A stretch of 64,000 nt of DNA from Alloprevotella sp. Lineage in GTDB: Bacteria; Bacillota; Clostridia; Oscillospirales; Oscillospiraceae. Of the stretch, positions 51,981 through 59,959 are shown piece by piece; positions within the stretch are counted from its first letter, which is position 1, and every line of letters begins with the position of its first letter. The notes below the pieces were generated by a model. The model had not been told where the DNA came from. It saw only the letters and a list, made by a program, of their open reading frames with translations, and searched no databases. The stretch spans positions 10,038-74,037 of the forward strand of contig CAVEQW010000036.1 in assembly GCA_963618155.1 (NCBI GenBank). Direction: 5' to 3'. A program made the translations under genes and the position numbers.

Positions 51981-53432
51981 ATGATGGAATTTGACCAGGC
52001 GCTGAACATGACGATGATGTGCGATTTCTATGAGCTCACGATGGGCAACGGCTATCTGCAGAACGGGATGGAGGATCAGATATGCTATTTCGACCTCTTT
52101 TTCCGCCAGGTGCCGGATGGCGGCGGCTTTGCCATCGTCGCGGGGCTGCAGCAGGTCATCCGCTATATACAGCATCTCCATTTTTCCCCCGGGGACATTG
52201 ACTATCTCCGCTCGCGCGGTCTGTTCTCGGAGGAATTTTTGTCCTATCTCGCCGGTTTCCGCTTCACGGGCGACATCTGGGCGGTGCCGGAGGGCACGCC
52301 GGTGTTCCCGCATGAGCCGCTGCTGACCGTCCGCGCTCCGGCGATACAGGCGCAGCTTCTGGAGACCTATCTGCTCTGCACCGTCAACCACCAGAGCCTC
52401 ATCGCGACCAAGGCGAGCCGCGTCAACCGCGCCGCCGGCGGGCGGACGGTGCTGGAATTCGGCTCCCGCCGCGCACAGGGGGCGGACGGCGCCATTCTGG
52501 GCGCGAGGGCGGCCTATATCGGCGGCTGCGCCGGGACGGCCTGTACCATCTCCGACGAGCTCTTCGGCGTGCCCGCGGGCGGCACGATGGCGCACTCCTG
52601 GGTGCAGATGTTCGACTCGGAGCTCGACGCCTTCCGCGCCTACTGCCGCAGCTATCCCCATGCGGCGACTCTGCTCGTCGACACCTACAACGCGCTGGAG
52701 TCCGGCGTGCCGAACGCCATCCGCGCCTTTGACGAGATATTGAAGCCGCTTGGCATCCGCTCCTGCGGCATACGCATCGACTCCGGTGACCTCGCCTATC
52801 TCACGCGCAAGGCGCGGAAGATGCTCGACGATGCCGGGTGGACGGAGTGTAAGATCACCGTGTCGAACGCGCTGGATGAGTATCTCATCCGTGATATCAT
52901 CAGCCAGGGCGCGTGCATCGACTGCTTCGGCGTGGGCGAGCGGCTCATCACGGCGCGCTCCGAGCCCGTATTCGGCGGCGTCTACAAGCTGGCCGCCGTG
53001 GAGAAAAACGGCGTGGTCGAGCCGCGCATCAAGATCAGCGAGACGCTGGCGAAGCTCACGCTGCCGCACGTCAAGAAGGTCTACCGCCTGTACAGCCGCG
53101 AGAGCGGCAAGGCGATGGCGGACTATATCTGCCTGCATGACGAGACGGTGGACGACACGAAGCCGCTCGAGATATTCGACCCGGACGCGACATGGAAGCG
53201 CAAGACGCTGCAGTCCTTTACGGCGCGGGAGCTGCTCGTGCCGGTGTTCATGGACGGCGAGCTCGTCTACGACCAGCCGGAGCTGCCCGCCATCCGCGAC
53301 TACTGCGCCGCGCAGCTCGACACCCTCTGGGACGAGGTCAAACGCTTTGAAAATCCCCACCACTACTACGTCGACCTCTCGGAAAAGCTCTGGAGCATAC
53401 GCGACCGGCTCCTCCGCACCGGCGGACGCTGA
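51981..53432 (+). CDS. pncB: Nicotinate phosphoribosyltransferase
   Basis: 483 aa. It has DFYELTMGNGY at the start, GSRRAQG, GTMAHSW and IRIDSGDLAYL motifs. Confidence 0.92.
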   Translation: MMEFDQALNMTMMCDFYELTMGNGYLQNGMEDQICYFDLFFRQVPDGGGFAIVAGLQQVIRYIQHLHFSPGDIDYLRSRGLFSEEFLSYLAGFRFTGDIWAVPEGTPVFPHEPLLTVRAPAIQAQLLETYLLCTVNHQSLIATKASRVNRAAGGRTVLEFGSRRAQGADGAILGARAAYIGGCAGTACTISDELFGVPAGGTMAHSWVQMFDSELDAFRAYCRSYPHAATLLVDTYNALESGVPNAIRAFDEILKPLGIRSCGIRIDSGDLAYLTRKARKMLDDAGWTECKITVSNALDEYLIRDIISQGACIDCFGVGERLITARSEPVFGGVYKLAAVEKNGVVEPRIKISETLAKLTLPHVKKVYRLYSRESGKAMADYICLHDETVDDTKPLEIFDPDATWKRKTLQSFTARELLVPVFMDGELVYDQPELPAIRDYCAAQLDTLWDEVKRFENPHHYYVDLSEKLWSIRDRLLRTGGR

Positions 53433-53440
53433 AAATTTTC

Positions 53441-53468
53441 CGACGAATTTCGACGAATCCCGACGAAT
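53441..53468 (+). promoter_or_regulatory. Three exact CGACGAAT direct repeats at 10-bp phasing, upstream of the CoA-transferase promoter
   Basis: CGACGAAT occurs at 53441, 53451 and 53461. A degenerate fourth copy (CCGAAT) lies at 53473. The array ends about 30 nt upstream of the -35. Confidence 0.6.
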
Positions 53469-53499
53469 GTCTCCGAATCGGCCGGATACCCGAAAAAGC

Positions 53500-53528
53500 T
53501 TGCAAACACTAGGTTTTTTGGTTATACT
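53500..53528 (+). promoter_or_regulatory. Sigma-A-type promoter for the CoA-transferase gene
   Basis: TTGCAA (53500-53505), a 17-nt spacer, then TATACT (53523-53528). Confidence 0.6.
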
Positions 53529-53557
53529 GAACCCGAAATAACGACTGGGAGGCCGCT

Positions 53558-54853
53558 ATGACGATTCAGGAAATGTACGAAAAAAAGCGCACGACGCTGG
53601 AGGGCGCGCTCGCCCTCATCCGCTCGGACGACAACATCTGCTTTGCCAAGGACTGCAACGAGCCGAAGCTGTTCTGCCAAAGCCTGCACACCATCGCCGA
53701 CCGCGTGGAGAACGTCACCATCCTCAAGGGACGCAGCTCCGATTTCGGCTTTCTGCAGAACGACGGCATGAGAGGTCACTTCCTGACCCAGTCCGCGTTC
53801 TATTCCAAGGGCTGGGTGCCCGCCATCGAAAAGGGTCACTGCACCTTTGTCCCCTGCGATCTGCCCGACCAGCCCATCTGGTACAATGCGGCCTATCCCC
53901 GCAACGTCTATATCTCCGCCGTCACGCCGATGGACGAAAACGGTAACTTCCAGGTCAACCTCTCGCAGATGTGGGAGCGCGACATCGATCCATTGAGCTG
54001 CGGCCGCATCATTCTGGAGGTCAACCGCCAGCTTCAGACCGTGCGCGGAGGCGTCGAGATCAACATCCGCGACGTCACGGCCTTTTATGAGGCGGACTAT
54101 GACATCTACACCATTCCCGACGCGCCCTTTTCCGAGACGGACGATGTGATCGGCCAGTATGTCGCGGAGCTCGTGAACGACGGCGACTGCATCCAGCTCG
54201 GCATCGGCTCGCTGCCCAACGCCTGCGCCCGCCGCCTCATGGACAAGCGGGAGCTCGGCATCCACTCCGAGATGTTCACGAACTCTATGATGACCATGAT
54301 ACAGAAGGGTGTCGTGACCGGCGGACGCAAGAACATCAACCGCGGGGAGCATACCTTCTGCTTCGCGGGCGGGAGCCACGAGCTCTTCCGCTTCCTGCAC
54401 GACGATCCCGACTGCCACATCCGCCCGTCCAGCTATGTCACCGACCCCTTTGTCATCCGCTCGAACGACAACATGGTCTCCATCAACTCCATCATGGAGA
54501 TCGACCTGACGGGACAGGTCAACTCCGAGACCATCGGCACGCGCCAGTATTCCGGCCCGGGCGGCGCGTTCGACTTTGCCTACGGCGCGGCGCATTCCAA
54601 GGGCGGGCGCAGCATCCTTATCATGCACGCCGCCACGAACAAGGGCGCGAGCAAGGTCAAGTCCGTGCTGCCCTCCGGCGCCGCCGTCACCATTCCGCGC
54701 ACCTACACGGATTATGTCGTGACGGAGTACGGCGTGGCGCATCTGCGCGGCCGCAGCGTCGCGGACAGGGCGCGCTCGCTCATCGCCATCGCCGATCCCG
54801 CCGTGCGTGACGAGCTGACGTTTGAGGCGAAAAAGCTTCTGTACATCGTCTGA
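53558..54853 (+). CDS. Acetyl-CoA hydrolase/transferase family protein (4-hydroxybutyrate / butyryl-CoA:acetate CoA-transferase-like)
   Basis: 431 aa. Motifs include LQLGIGSLPNA, EMF(T)N, INSIMEIDLTGQV and TEYGVAHLRG. Confidence 0.82.
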   Translation: MTIQEMYEKKRTTLEGALALIRSDDNICFAKDCNEPKLFCQSLHTIADRVENVTILKGRSSDFGFLQNDGMRGHFLTQSAFYSKGWVPAIEKGHCTFVPCDLPDQPIWYNAAYPRNVYISAVTPMDENGNFQVNLSQMWERDIDPLSCGRIILEVNRQLQTVRGGVEINIRDVTAFYEADYDIYTIPDAPFSETDDVIGQYVAELVNDGDCIQLGIGSLPNACARRLMDKRELGIHSEMFTNSMMTMIQKGVVTGGRKNINRGEHTFCFAGGSHELFRFLHDDPDCHIRPSSYVTDPFVIRSNDNMVSINSIMEIDLTGQVNSETIGTRQYSGPGGAFDFAYGAAHSKGGRSILIMHAATNKGASKVKSVLPSGAAVTIPRTYTDYVVTEYGVAHLRGRSVADRARSLIAIADPAVRDELTFEAKKLLYIV

Positions 54854-54868
54854 TAAAGCATAAAGCAA

Positions 54869-54910
54869 GGGACACCGTATTCAAGCGCTGACGAATACGG
54901 TGTCCCTTTT
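54869..54910. terminator. Bidirectional intrinsic terminator between convergent genes
   Basis: Perfect 14-bp stem gggacaccgtattc/gaatacggtgtccc with a 10-nt loop, followed by tttt. An A-rich stretch lies upstream. Confidence 0.85.
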
Positions 54911-54921
54911 GCTGTTCGTCC

Positions 54922-56892
54922 TTACAGGCGCAGCACGGCCCAGTAGCCCTCGAGCATGGCCTCGCGGGTTTTTTTGGCCTTGACGCCGCGGAGGCAGTCG
55001 CCGACGGGAATGACGACGGGCGCGGAATAGATGAGGCTGTCATAGGCCGCCGTGTTCGAGCGCAGGCCGAGTGCGTAGATCACAGAGTCGGCCTCGATGC
55101 TGTGCTCGCCGCCGGCGGCGTCCGCCGCGTGAACGGTCCTGCCGTCGTCGATGCCGGTGACGCGAAGGCCGGTGCGGACGTGGAGCGAGGGCGTCTCCGC
55201 AAAGGCCTGCAGCATACCCTCCTTGTGCATCCAGTTGGCCTCCGGCGCGATCTCGTCAAGCATCTCAACGATGGTGACCTCGTGCCCGGCCTTGGCGAGA
55301 AACAGCGCCGTCTCGCAGCCGATGAGGCCGCCGCCGAGGACGGCGACATGGCGGCCGAGCTTGTCAAGCCGGGTGTACGCGGCCGTCGCGTGCTGCACAC
55401 GGGGGTCGTCCAGCCCCGGAATGGGGGGCTTCGCCGCGAGTGAACCGGCGGCGAGTATCACGGCGTCAAAGCCGTTTTCCCTGACATACTCCGGCGTGAC
55501 CTCGGTGTTGAGGCAGATTTTTGCGCCGGACTTTTCGGCCATATAGACAAGGTGCTCCTTGAGCCGCCACAGGTCTATCTTCAGATCGTCATAGTCGGTG
55601 AAGCTGAGGAAGCCGCCGAGCCTGCCGGAGCGCTCGCAGAGCGTCACGTCATGCCCGCGCTTCGCCGCCGTGGCCGCCGCCTTCAGACCGGCAGGGCCGC
55701 CGCCCACGATGAGTACCTTTTTCTTTGCGCCCACGGGCGGGACATAGTTGCGGTAGCGATCCTCGCGTCCGGCGGAGGGGTTGACCGAGCATTGGAAATG
55801 CTCGCCGCTGTGCATCCCGGCGAGGCAGTCGAGGCAGCGGAGGCATGGGGTGATCTCCATGGTTCTGCCCTGCGCGGCCTTTTCGGGGAAATGCGGGTCG
55901 GCGATGAGGGCGCGCGTCATGGCGATGATGTCTGCCTTGCCGTCTGCCAGTATCTGCTCCGCAAGCTCCGGCGTGTTGATGCCGCCGATGGTGACGACCG
56001 GGGTTCTGATGCCCGCCCTTTTCACGGCCTCCGCGTATTTCACGTTGACGCCGTGGGGCAGAAACATGGTGGGGTGGGTGCGGACGGCCTGCGCCCGCTC
56101 CGGGTCAAGACCGGCGGAGACGTGGATGAAATCGACCCTGCCGTCGATGAGCCTTGCAAACTCCACGGCCTCGTCGATCTGGAGGCCGCCGTCGATCTCC
56201 TCGCAGCCGCTCATGCGGTACTCAATGAGGAAGCTGTCGCCCACGCGCTCACGCACGCGGTCGATGACCATGAGCGGGAACCTGGCGCGGTTTTCAAGGC
56301 TGCCGCCGTAGCCGTCTGTGCGCCGGTTGTAGTGGGGGGAGAGGAACTGGTCAAGAAGCCAGCCGTGGCCGCCGTGGATCAGGCACATATCATATCCGGC
56401 GTCCTTGAGCAGCGCCGCGCAGGCGGCAAAATGCTCTGCCACGTCGTCCATGTCCCCCTCCGTCATGGCGCGCACCCGCACGCCGTCCGGGCGCAGGAGC
56501 TCCACGGGGCCGATGGGCTCGCCGCCGCCGTTTGCGGCGGGAGAGGCGTATATACCGGCGTGGTTCAGCTCGTGCGAGGCGAGGGCGCCGCCCTCATGGA
56601 TGGCCATGGCGAGCTCGGAGATATAGGGGAGGACGGCATTGCGGTTTTTGCAGTCGAGGTTGAAGCTCCGGGGATTGGAGGCGGCGTGCTCGCGGTCAAC
56701 GGGCGTGTCGCCCAGCGTGACGACCGCCGCGCCGCCGCGTGCCTTTTCGGCGTAGTAGGCGATCATGGAGGGCATGGGGAAGCCGTCCTTATCCATCATG
56801 CACATCATATTCGGCGCGGAGAACAGGCGGCTGCGGAAGGTCAGGCCTTTGACCGAGAAGCTCTCGAACAGATGCGGATAATATGCGTTCAT
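54922..56892 (-). CDS. NADH:flavin oxidoreductase with Fe-S and FAD/NAD(P) domains (2-enoate reductase / BaiH family), copy 3
   Basis: The start at 56892 is MNAYYPHLFESFSVKGLTFRSRLFSAPN. It has the OYE-like barrel, CLRCLDC..C and VLIVGGGPAGLKAAATAAKRGHDVTLCER. The 91 aa upstream in ORF 57165 overlap the LysR gene. Confidence 0.85.
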   Translation of the reverse strand: MNAYYPHLFESFSVKGLTFRSRLFSAPNMMCMMDKDGFPMPSMIAYYAEKARGGAAVVTLGDTPVDREHAASNPRSFNLDCKNRNAVLPYISELAMAIHEGGALASHELNHAGIYASPAANGGGEPIGPVELLRPDGVRVRAMTEGDMDDVAEHFAACAALLKDAGYDMCLIHGGHGWLLDQFLSPHYNRRTDGYGGSLENRARFPLMVIDRVRERVGDSFLIEYRMSGCEEIDGGLQIDEAVEFARLIDGRVDFIHVSAGLDPERAQAVRTHPTMFLPHGVNVKYAEAVKRAGIRTPVVTIGGINTPELAEQILADGKADIIAMTRALIADPHFPEKAAQGRTMEITPCLRCLDCLAGMHSGEHFQCSVNPSAGREDRYRNYVPPVGAKKKVLIVGGGPAGLKAAATAAKRGHDVTLCERSGRLGGFLSFTDYDDLKIDLWRLKEHLVYMAEKSGAKICLNTEVTPEYVRENGFDAVILAAGSLAAKPPIPGLDDPRVQHATAAYTRLDKLGRHVAVLGGGLIGCETALFLAKAGHEVTIVEMLDEIAPEANWMHKEGMLQAFAETPSLHVRTGLRVTGIDDGRTVHAADAAGGEHSIEADSVIYALGLRSNTAAYDSLIYSAPVVIPVGDCLRGVKAKKTREAMLEGYWAVLRL

Positions 56893-56926
56893 GGTTATCG
56901 TCTCCTTGCTGTATCGTTCTTGTGCT

Positions 56927-57832
56927 TTATGCAGGTGCCTCGCCGTCCGGCGAAACGCAGCCGCGGAGCACGTCGAGGAAGAGACGGACGCTGGGGTTGT
57001 GCCCGTCGGCGCGCCACGCGGCGATATAGCGGCGGCTGGTGTCCATGTCGGTGATGGGAACGACATCCACAGAGCTTGCGAACAGCACCGAGGGCAGCGC
57101 CGCCGGCATGATGGACACGCCGAGCCCCGCGCTGACGGCGAGCAGCACGGATTCGAGCTTGTCATAGCGGTTCATGATGCTCGGCACGAAGCCGTGTGCG
57201 GCGCAGATGGACATGATCTTGCGGTAGAGGTCGGTGTTGCACGGCTCCTGCGACAGGATGAAGCGCTCGTGCTCCAGCGCCCGGAAGTCGAGCGGCTTAT
57301 CCGCGAGCGGGTGTCCCTTCGGCACGACGAGCGCCAGCGAGTCCTTGTGCGTCACCATCGAGTCCCAGCCGTCGCCCGGCGGAAGCATATCCTGCTGGAG
57401 CAGGTGCACGTCATAGCGGCTTTCGCGCATGGCGGCGGTCTGGCCGGCGGCGGTCTGGAACGCCACGTCGACGATGACGTCCGGGTGGCGGGTGAAGAAG
57501 GCGTCGAGCGCCCGCGTGAGCATGGTGGAGCAGGTCGTGAGCGCCGAGATGTAGAGGTGGCCGCCCGCGCCCTCGCGGACATGGCCGACGAGAAGCTGTG
57601 CCGACTGCGCCGTGTTGAGGATGTCGAGCGCATAGGGGAGCAGCGCCGCCCCCGCCTCCGTCAGAACGACCCGGCGGCTGCTGCGGGAGAAGAGGGTCAC
57701 GCCGAGGCTCTGCTCAAGCTGGCCGATCTCACGGCTGACGGAGGATTGCGAGATGCCGAGCTGCTGCGCTGTCTGGCGGAAATTGAGGATGTTGGCCAGC
57801 GCGACAAAGCAGCTGAGCTGGGATATTTCCAT
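56927..57832 (-). CDS. LysR-family transcriptional regulator
   Basis: 301 aa. The N-terminal wHTH is MEISQLSCFVALANILNFRQTAQQLGISQSSVSREIGQLEQSLGVTLF, followed by a LysR substrate-binding domain. Confidence 0.92.
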   Translation of the reverse strand: MEISQLSCFVALANILNFRQTAQQLGISQSSVSREIGQLEQSLGVTLFSRSSRRVVLTEAGAALLPYALDILNTAQSAQLLVGHVREGAGGHLYISALTTCSTMLTRALDAFFTRHPDVIVDVAFQTAAGQTAAMRESRYDVHLLQQDMLPPGDGWDSMVTHKDSLALVVPKGHPLADKPLDFRALEHERFILSQEPCNTDLYRKIMSICAAHGFVPSIMNRYDKLESVLLAVSAGLGVSIMPAALPSVLFASSVDVVPITDMDTSRRYIAAWRADGHNPSVRLFLDVLRGCVSPDGEAPA

Positions 57833-57847
57833 GGCGTTCGCCTCCTT

Positions 57848-57873
57848 ATACTGTGTTATGATACTGTGCTATG
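57848..57873. promoter_or_regulatory. 13-bp tandem direct repeat (ATACTGTGTTATG / ATACTGTGCTATG) in the divergent control region
   Basis: Two adjacent units with one mismatch lie immediately upstream of the LysR RBS, in the AT-rich 197-nt intergenic region. Confidence 0.5.
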
Positions 57874-57969
57874 ACGCTATTTTAGGGGCTTGTGATGAAA
57901 AAGTCAATTCGTTTTACGCCGATCAATTTATATTATGAATCACTGTAATCGAAAAAATGAATTTGAGTA

Positions 57970-57999
57970 TTGACAAGCGGCGAGCGGCAATGCCATAAT
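57970..57999 (+). promoter_or_regulatory. Sigma-A-type promoter with TG-extended -10 for the small-ORF / molybdoenzyme operon
   Basis: TTGACA (57970-57975), an 18-nt spacer, then CATAAT (57994-57999) with TG at 57991-57992. It ends 30 nt before the ATG at 58030. Confidence 0.6.
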
Positions 58000-58029
58000 G
58001 AGCATACACATTAGAATTAGGAGGGGCGC

Positions 58030-58446
58030 ATGATGGAGCCGAAGAGGCCGGAGAACGCGGTGGAGCTTGCGCCGCTGGACAAGGACGGCGCGAAGCTGCT
58101 CGAATGTGTGGACGGCGGCGACATGGGCGCGGTGCTGTCCGGGGACGAGCTCATGTATGTGCTTTTGTTCCGGGGACAGTATCACTGCTTCATCCACAAG
58201 CTCGACGCGCCGGAGGGGCGGCATAAGTGCTTTGCGCCCGATGAGCGCAACCGCGCGATGCTGAAGAATCTTGATTCCGCGGCGGATGCGCTTTTCCGGA
58301 TACGCTTTGAGAAGGACATGGATCGCATGGGCGTGATGGAGGCGGCGGAGCGCGGCATATGCCGCTATCTGGACAGCATCGGAAGGCTGCCGGTGGAGGA
58401 TGTGGACTTCATGGCGGCCTATGAACAGGAGGGAGATAAGACATGA
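58030..58446 (+). CDS. Hypothetical protein (138 aa), cassette ORF 1
   Basis: RBS is aggagg. Codon usage resembles that of neighbouring genes. It contains YHCFIHKLDAPEGRHKCF, a Cys/His-rich patch. No family was recognised. Confidence 0.6.
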   Translation: MMEPKRPENAVELAPLDKDGAKLLECVDGGDMGAVLSGDELMYVLLFRGQYHCFIHKLDAPEGRHKCFAPDERNRAMLKNLDSAADALFRIRFEKDMDRMGVMEAAERGICRYLDSIGRLPVEDVDFMAAYEQEGDKT

Positions 58447-58640
58447 AAACCTATCGTTTTCTGGTGAGGAGCACCAGACGCGGCTTCACGGAATGGGTCA
58501 GCGTGCGGGAAGACGGCGTTGAGCTGCGGCGCATCGACCGCGACGTGTGGCAGGAGACGGTGCGCGAGTTCCGCGAACGCGTGGCGGCGGAGCTCGAGGC
58601 CGAGGGCTATGTACCGGAAGAGCACCAGTACACATTGTAA
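58443..58640 (+). CDS. Hypothetical protein (65 aa), cassette ORF 2
   Basis: It has an ATGA overlap with ORF 1. It is basic at the N-terminus and acidic at the C-terminus. No family was recognised. Confidence 0.5.
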   Translation: MKTYRFLVRSTRRGFTEWVSVREDGVELRRIDRDVWQETVREFRERVAAELEAEGYVPEEHQYTL

Positions 58641-58652
58641 GGAGGGGAGAGC

Positions 58653-59132
58653 ATGGAATATTTATCTGTTCTGATACAGCACCACGCGGGCCCCACCGGC
58701 GATGTGCTGGTCGCCAAGAACGAGCGGGGTGTCTGGGAGCTTCCCAACGGTGCCGTCCGCGTGAACGAGAGCGACGGGGATGCGGTGAAGCGCGTGTGCT
58801 GGGAGACGCTCGGCATGACCGTCACGCCCGGCCGCCTCGAAATGCTGGGGCACCACTATTGCCTTGACGGCACGGTCGAGCATATCGTCTGCGGCAACAT
58901 CACGCACAACACCCACACGAAATGCGACTATCATAAATATTATACCGCCGTGGACACCTGGCAGACCGAGCCGCAGAGCGGGAAATACAGCGAGTTTATG
59001 TGGGTACACCCGTCCGAGCTCGGCCGGCTTGACTTTGGCGGAGACGACGCGGATTTCATGGCGAAATTCGACCCGTGGATCAACGGCCGTCCCGTTCCCG
59101 ACCGCCGGATGTACGGCAGGGAGGCGCAATGA
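58653..59132 (+). CDS. Nudix-fold protein with degenerate Nudix box (159 aa), cassette ORF 3
   Basis: GAVRVNESDGDAVKRVCWETLGM fits the Gx5Ex7REUxEExGU spacing exactly, but REUxEE is RVCWET. The preceding GVWELPNG resembles the G-WxxPGG of MutT-like proteins. Confidence 0.6.
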   Translation: MEYLSVLIQHHAGPTGDVLVAKNERGVWELPNGAVRVNESDGDAVKRVCWETLGMTVTPGRLEMLGHHYCLDGTVEHIVCGNITHNTHTKCDYHKYYTAVDTWQTEPQSGKYSEFMWVHPSELGRLDFGGDDADFMAKFDPWINGRPVPDRRMYGREAQ

Positions 59133-59410
59133 AGAAATACGTTTTTGAAGCGGCGCGGCGGCAGCTTGAAAAGCCGACCGAGCCGAAATATGTCTTCTGC
59201 ACGGCGGCGCGCACCGTCGTCCTCGCGGAGACGGAGGAGGAGGCGCGGCTGCTGGCGCAGCGCGATCTCGATAAGATGTACCACGGCTCCGGCACGGCGC
59301 TCGGCGCGCTGCGTTGCGTGTCGGTGGAGGAGCTTCCCGTGGACTGGAGCTACGGCTACGGCGAGCGCACGGATAGAGACGGGCTCATCGCCCGCTATGT
59401 GATACGATAA
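59129..59410 (+). CDS. Hypothetical protein (93 aa), cassette ORF 4
   Basis: ATG 59129 overlaps the ORF 3 stop (ATGA). No family was recognised. Confidence 0.5.
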   Translation: MKKYVFEAARRQLEKPTEPKYVFCTAARTVVLAETEEEARLLAQRDLDKMYHGSGTALGALRCVSVEELPVDWSYGYGERTDRDGLIARYVIR

Positions 59411-59423
59411 GGGGGCGGCGATA

Positions 59424-59945
59424 ATGGAGCTTGAGAAAAAATATCTGCTGCATCTGCCGGAGGGCAATGTGTTCCTGCGGCGGGAGGAGCTTTATGAGCG
59501 CGTGAAGGGCTTTCTGAAGGATCACCCCAGCGAGCATATCAACGCCTTCCGCATCTGGTACGAGGACTTTGAGGGCTGCGGTATGCCCGGGTCGGACGTA
59601 TACGACTGCATCGTGGACTGCATCCGCTCCATGCCGGAGGACTGGCAGGACATCGGCCCCATGCGCTCCGAGCGCTACGGCGTGATCGACCCCACGTTTC
59701 TGAACCTGCACTATGCCGAGCGCCGCAAGAGCGCCGAGGCAGCCGGCGGGCCGGTCGATATGCTGCAGCACCAGTTCCACCTCGGACGGCATTATCAGGG
59801 GCCGGACGGGCGTGTGTTCTGGCTGCCCGTGATCGAGGATTTCGATATGCGCGGCTTTGAGCGCGTGGACGGGAAATACGTCGGCACGATGGTCGAGATC
59901 GACCCGCGCTCGGACTATGCCCGCCAGATGGTCGAAGTGAAGTAA
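59424..59945 (+). CDS. Hypothetical protein (173 aa), cassette ORF 5
   Basis: RBS is aaggggg. No family was recognised. It ends 14 nt before the molybdoenzyme gene. Confidence 0.55.
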   Translation: MELEKKYLLHLPEGNVFLRREELYERVKGFLKDHPSEHINAFRIWYEDFEGCGMPGSDVYDCIVDCIRSMPEDWQDIGPMRSERYGVIDPTFLNLHYAERRKSAEAAGGPVDMLQHQFHLGRHYQGPDGRVFWLPVIEDFDMRGFERVDGKYVGTMVEIDPRSDYARQMVEVK

Positions 59946-59959
59946 GGGGGAGGACGAGA

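Noticed and set aside
56893-57165. N-terminal extensions offered by the ORF track for several genes. Examples are 54922-57165, 48955-50328, 50075-51241, 22011-23309, 23242-23820, 27241-28299, 30141-31160 and 14602-14997.
   Set aside because: The extensions overlap the preceding gene, are Arg/Pro/Ser-rich, and lack an RBS. Internal Met codons with good RBS and canonical family N-termini were used instead.
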